Of a stretch of 24,000 bases of DNA, positions 22,203-24,000 are shown one piece after another. Each line of letters starts with the position of its first letter. Position 1 is the first letter of the stretch. The translations under genes and the position numbers were made by a program. The stretch covers positions 127,596 to 151,595 of the forward strand of contig CABMHR010000002.1 of NCBI GenBank assembly GCA_902386025.1. The letters run 5' to 3'. Below the pieces are notes generated by a model. It was given only the letters and a program-made list of their open reading frames with translations. It searched no databases and was not told the DNA's origin. Origin of the DNA: an uncultured archaeon. GTDB taxonomy: Archaea; Nanobdellota; Nanobdellia; Pacearchaeales; GW2011-AR1.

Positions 22203-23494
22203 CAGAAGAAAATATCAGGAATATAAAAGAATCTGTGTTCAGGGAGAAAAAGATAGCGAATGAATTTGCTTTACTGGTTGCTTCTCTTGAAAATGCAGAC
22301 AGCGAGCAGGAAAAGAAAATGATTAACAGCCAGCTGGAAAAATTGAAAATTTCCTTGAGGAATGCAAACAGCGAACTGCTGAGAAATCTTGAAGAGACAG
22401 GAATGACTGCCCCCTTGACAAGAAGCCAGCCAGAAGCCAGCAAGATTGCTTCAAAACCAGAGAAGATTGCAATAAAATCAAAAGTTAAATCAGAAGATAA
22501 TCTGCCTGAATTGGACAAAGAGGTTTTGAAGAGATTAAGAAAGAAAAAAGGGAAGAAGATTGTTGAGAAAAAAGAAAAGACAAAAAACAAGTATTTTGAA
22601 ATTGCAAGCAACTTGTTTTCCAATACTGCAAAATCTCTGATAAAACAAAAAAGATTCAAGAAACTTGGGGAAGATTTGATTAAATCAAATCTTGATTATA
22701 ATTTAATAAGCTATATTTCAGTAATGCTCCTGAACATTGCTGTTGCACTTGCTATTGCATTTTTCCTTTTTATCTTCCTGTTATTTTTTAATTTAAGCCC
22801 AACTCTCCCGATAATCTCAAGGGCAACAGGAAGCATTGGAATAAGATTTCTTGAAACCTTCTGGCTTTTGCTTGTAGCTCCTGGTGCAACATTTATTTTT
22901 ATGTATTTTTATCCTTCTTTGGAAAAAAAATCAATTGAGGGAAAAATAGAAGCTGAACTTCCCTTTGCAGTAATCCATATGTCTGCTATTTCTGGCTCAA
23001 TGATAGATCCGACAAAAATATTCAGCATAATATCATCCACAAAAGAATATCCTCATCTTGAAAAAGAATTCAATAAACTGATGAATGAAATAAATATTTA
23101 CGGATATGACTTGGTAACTGCATTAAAAGAGTCTGCATTAAACAGCCCGAGCCAAAAACTTGCAGAGTTGTTCAACGGGCTTGCAACAACAATAACTTCA
23201 GGAGGAAATATGTATGAATTTTTTGAAAAAAGAGCGCAGAGTCTTCTGTTCGACTACCGCCTTGACAGAGAGAAAAGCACAAAAACTGCAGAAACATTTA
23301 TGGATATTTATATCAGTGTTGTAATTGCTGCACCTATGATTTTAATGCTTCTTCTAATGATGATGAAGATAAGCGGGCTTGGCGTTTCCTTAAGCACATC
23401 TACAATAACCCTTCTCGTTGTTGGAGGAGTATCTTTGATAAATGTATTATTCCTTGTATTCCTTCAAATAAAACAGCAGTCAACAGGAGGATAA
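22199..23494 (+). CDS. pilus platform membrane protein, single T2SS-F (FlaJ/TadB/TadC-like) domain with a charged N-terminal extension of about 170 aa
   Basis: 431 aa. The Lys/Glu-rich coiled N-terminus is followed by TM helices and the block ELPFAVIHMSAISGSMIDP...YGYDLVTALKESA...GLATTITSGGNM..., typical of FlaJ/TadC-family proteins. Confidence 0.8.
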   Translation: MTEENIRNIKESVFREKKIANEFALLVASLENADSEQEKKMINSQLEKLKISLRNANSELLRNLEETGMTAPLTRSQPEASKIASKPEKIAIKSKVKSEDNLPELDKEVLKRLRKKKGKKIVEKKEKTKNKYFEIASNLFSNTAKSLIKQKRFKKLGEDLIKSNLDYNLISYISVMLLNIAVALAIAFFLFIFLLFFNLSPTLPIISRATGSIGIRFLETFWLLLVAPGATFIFMYFYPSLEKKSIEGKIEAELPFAVIHMSAISGSMIDPTKIFSIISSTKEYPHLEKEFNKLMNEINIYGYDLVTALKESALNSPSQKLAELFNGLATTITSGGNMYEFFEKRAQSLLFDYRLDREKSTKTAETFMDIYISVVIAAPMILMLLLMMMKISGLGVSLSTSTITLLVVGGVSLINVLFLVFLQIKQQSTGG

Positions 23495-23497
23495 AAT

Positions 23498-24000
23498 ATG
23501 GAGTTAAAAAAAATTCACTTTTTTGGAATAATAGCAGGAGTTATAGTTATTGGATTGTCTTTCGCATTTTTAAAAACGCAATTTTTCTTTTTTATAATAT
23601 GGCTTGGAATACTGACAGGAGTTTTTCCCTTTGTGCTGACTACAATTCAAAAAAACAGAATATCGCAGGAGAAAGAAATTATGTTTCTGGAATTCACAAG
23701 AAATCTTGTGGAAAGTGTTGAAACAGGAACATCAATAAGCAAGAGCCTTGTGAATCTTAAGAAAAAATCATTTGGGAGTTTGAGCAAGCATGTAGAAAAG
23801 CTGGCAAATCAAATTTCTATGGGAATCCCCCTTAAAACTGCGCTGGAAATATTTGCAAAAGATGTTGACAATAAAACAGTATCAAGAACAATAACTTTAA
23901 TCGGACAGGCAGAGAGAGCAGGGGGAAACATAGGGCAAATTCTTGAATCTGTAGCAAAAGCAGTAAGCACTACAGACAAGCTGAAAAAAGAAAGAGAGTC
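23498..24000 (+). CDS. second pilus platform membrane protein (FlaJ/TadB/TadC-like), 3'-truncated by the window end
   Basis: ATG 23498 is preceded by GGAGG (23486-23490) and lies 3 nt after the upstream stop. The frame stays open to nt 24000. The sequence MELKKIHFFGIIAGVIVIGLSF...FLEFTRNLVESVETGTSISKSL...MGIPLKTALEIFAK...LIGQAERAGGNIGQILESVA fits the T2SS-F domain pattern. It is absent from the ORF track because no stop codon falls in the window. Confidence 0.75.
   Translation, partial: MELKKIHFFGIIAGVIVIGLSFAFLKTQFFFFIIWLGILTGVFPFVLTTIQKNRISQEKEIMFLEFTRNLVESVETGTSISKSLVNLKKKSFGSLSKHVEKLANQISMGIPLKTALEIFAKDVDNKTVSRTITLIGQAERAGGNIGQILESVAKAVSTTDKLKKERE

Noticed and set aside
1-24000. Alternative genetic code or stop-codon recoding, which is known in some candidate phyla
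   Set aside because: All long conserved genes (ileS, argS, prs, ATPase, dphB, dtdA) are uninterrupted under the standard code. TAA, TAG and TGA all appear as apparent terminators.

Overview
The window is visibly AT-rich and tightly packed, and it looks like an archaeal chromosome segment of a small-genome, DPANN-like organism. The archaeal markers are a DTD2-type D-aminoacyl-tRNA deacylase, diphthine synthase, a TrmB-family regulator, a tRNA-Leu(UAA) with a 75-nt intron in a bulge-helix-bulge context, TATA boxes about 25 bp upstream of start codons, and class III (prepilin) signal peptides.

Content from left to right:
- A decapeptide-repeat protein whose 3' end overlaps, convergently, a stand-alone GGDEF diguanylate-cyclase-like gene.
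- dtdA, two small hypothetical genes, dphB, ileS, a TrmB-like regulator, a small membrane protein, argS, and an FTR-like Fe-S protein.
- An intron-containing tRNA-Leu.
- prs, diverging from a membrane-anchored SNase-LTD nuclease.
- A run of secreted, lipobox-bearing surface proteins.
- An SRP (7S) RNA gene.
- A type IV pilus locus of the Epd/Tad-like kind. It has four tandem prepilin-like genes, an oppositely oriented metallophosphoesterase flanked by a perfect 20-bp direct repeat, a fifth prepilin, a FlaI/PilB-family ATPase, a 54-aa ORF missing from the ORF track, and two single-domain platform genes. The last platform gene runs off the window.

The items most worth follow-up:
- the GGDEF gene in an archaeal context;
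- the pilus/adhesin locus, with its cysteine-rich-repeat prepilin and split platform;
- the direct-repeat-flanked cassette interrupting that locus;
- the SRP RNA with a non-GNAR helix-8 loop;
- the duplicated tRNA 3' end;
- a non-canonical HIGH motif in IleRS.

All calls come from reading the sequence and translations by eye. No database search or folding program was run.
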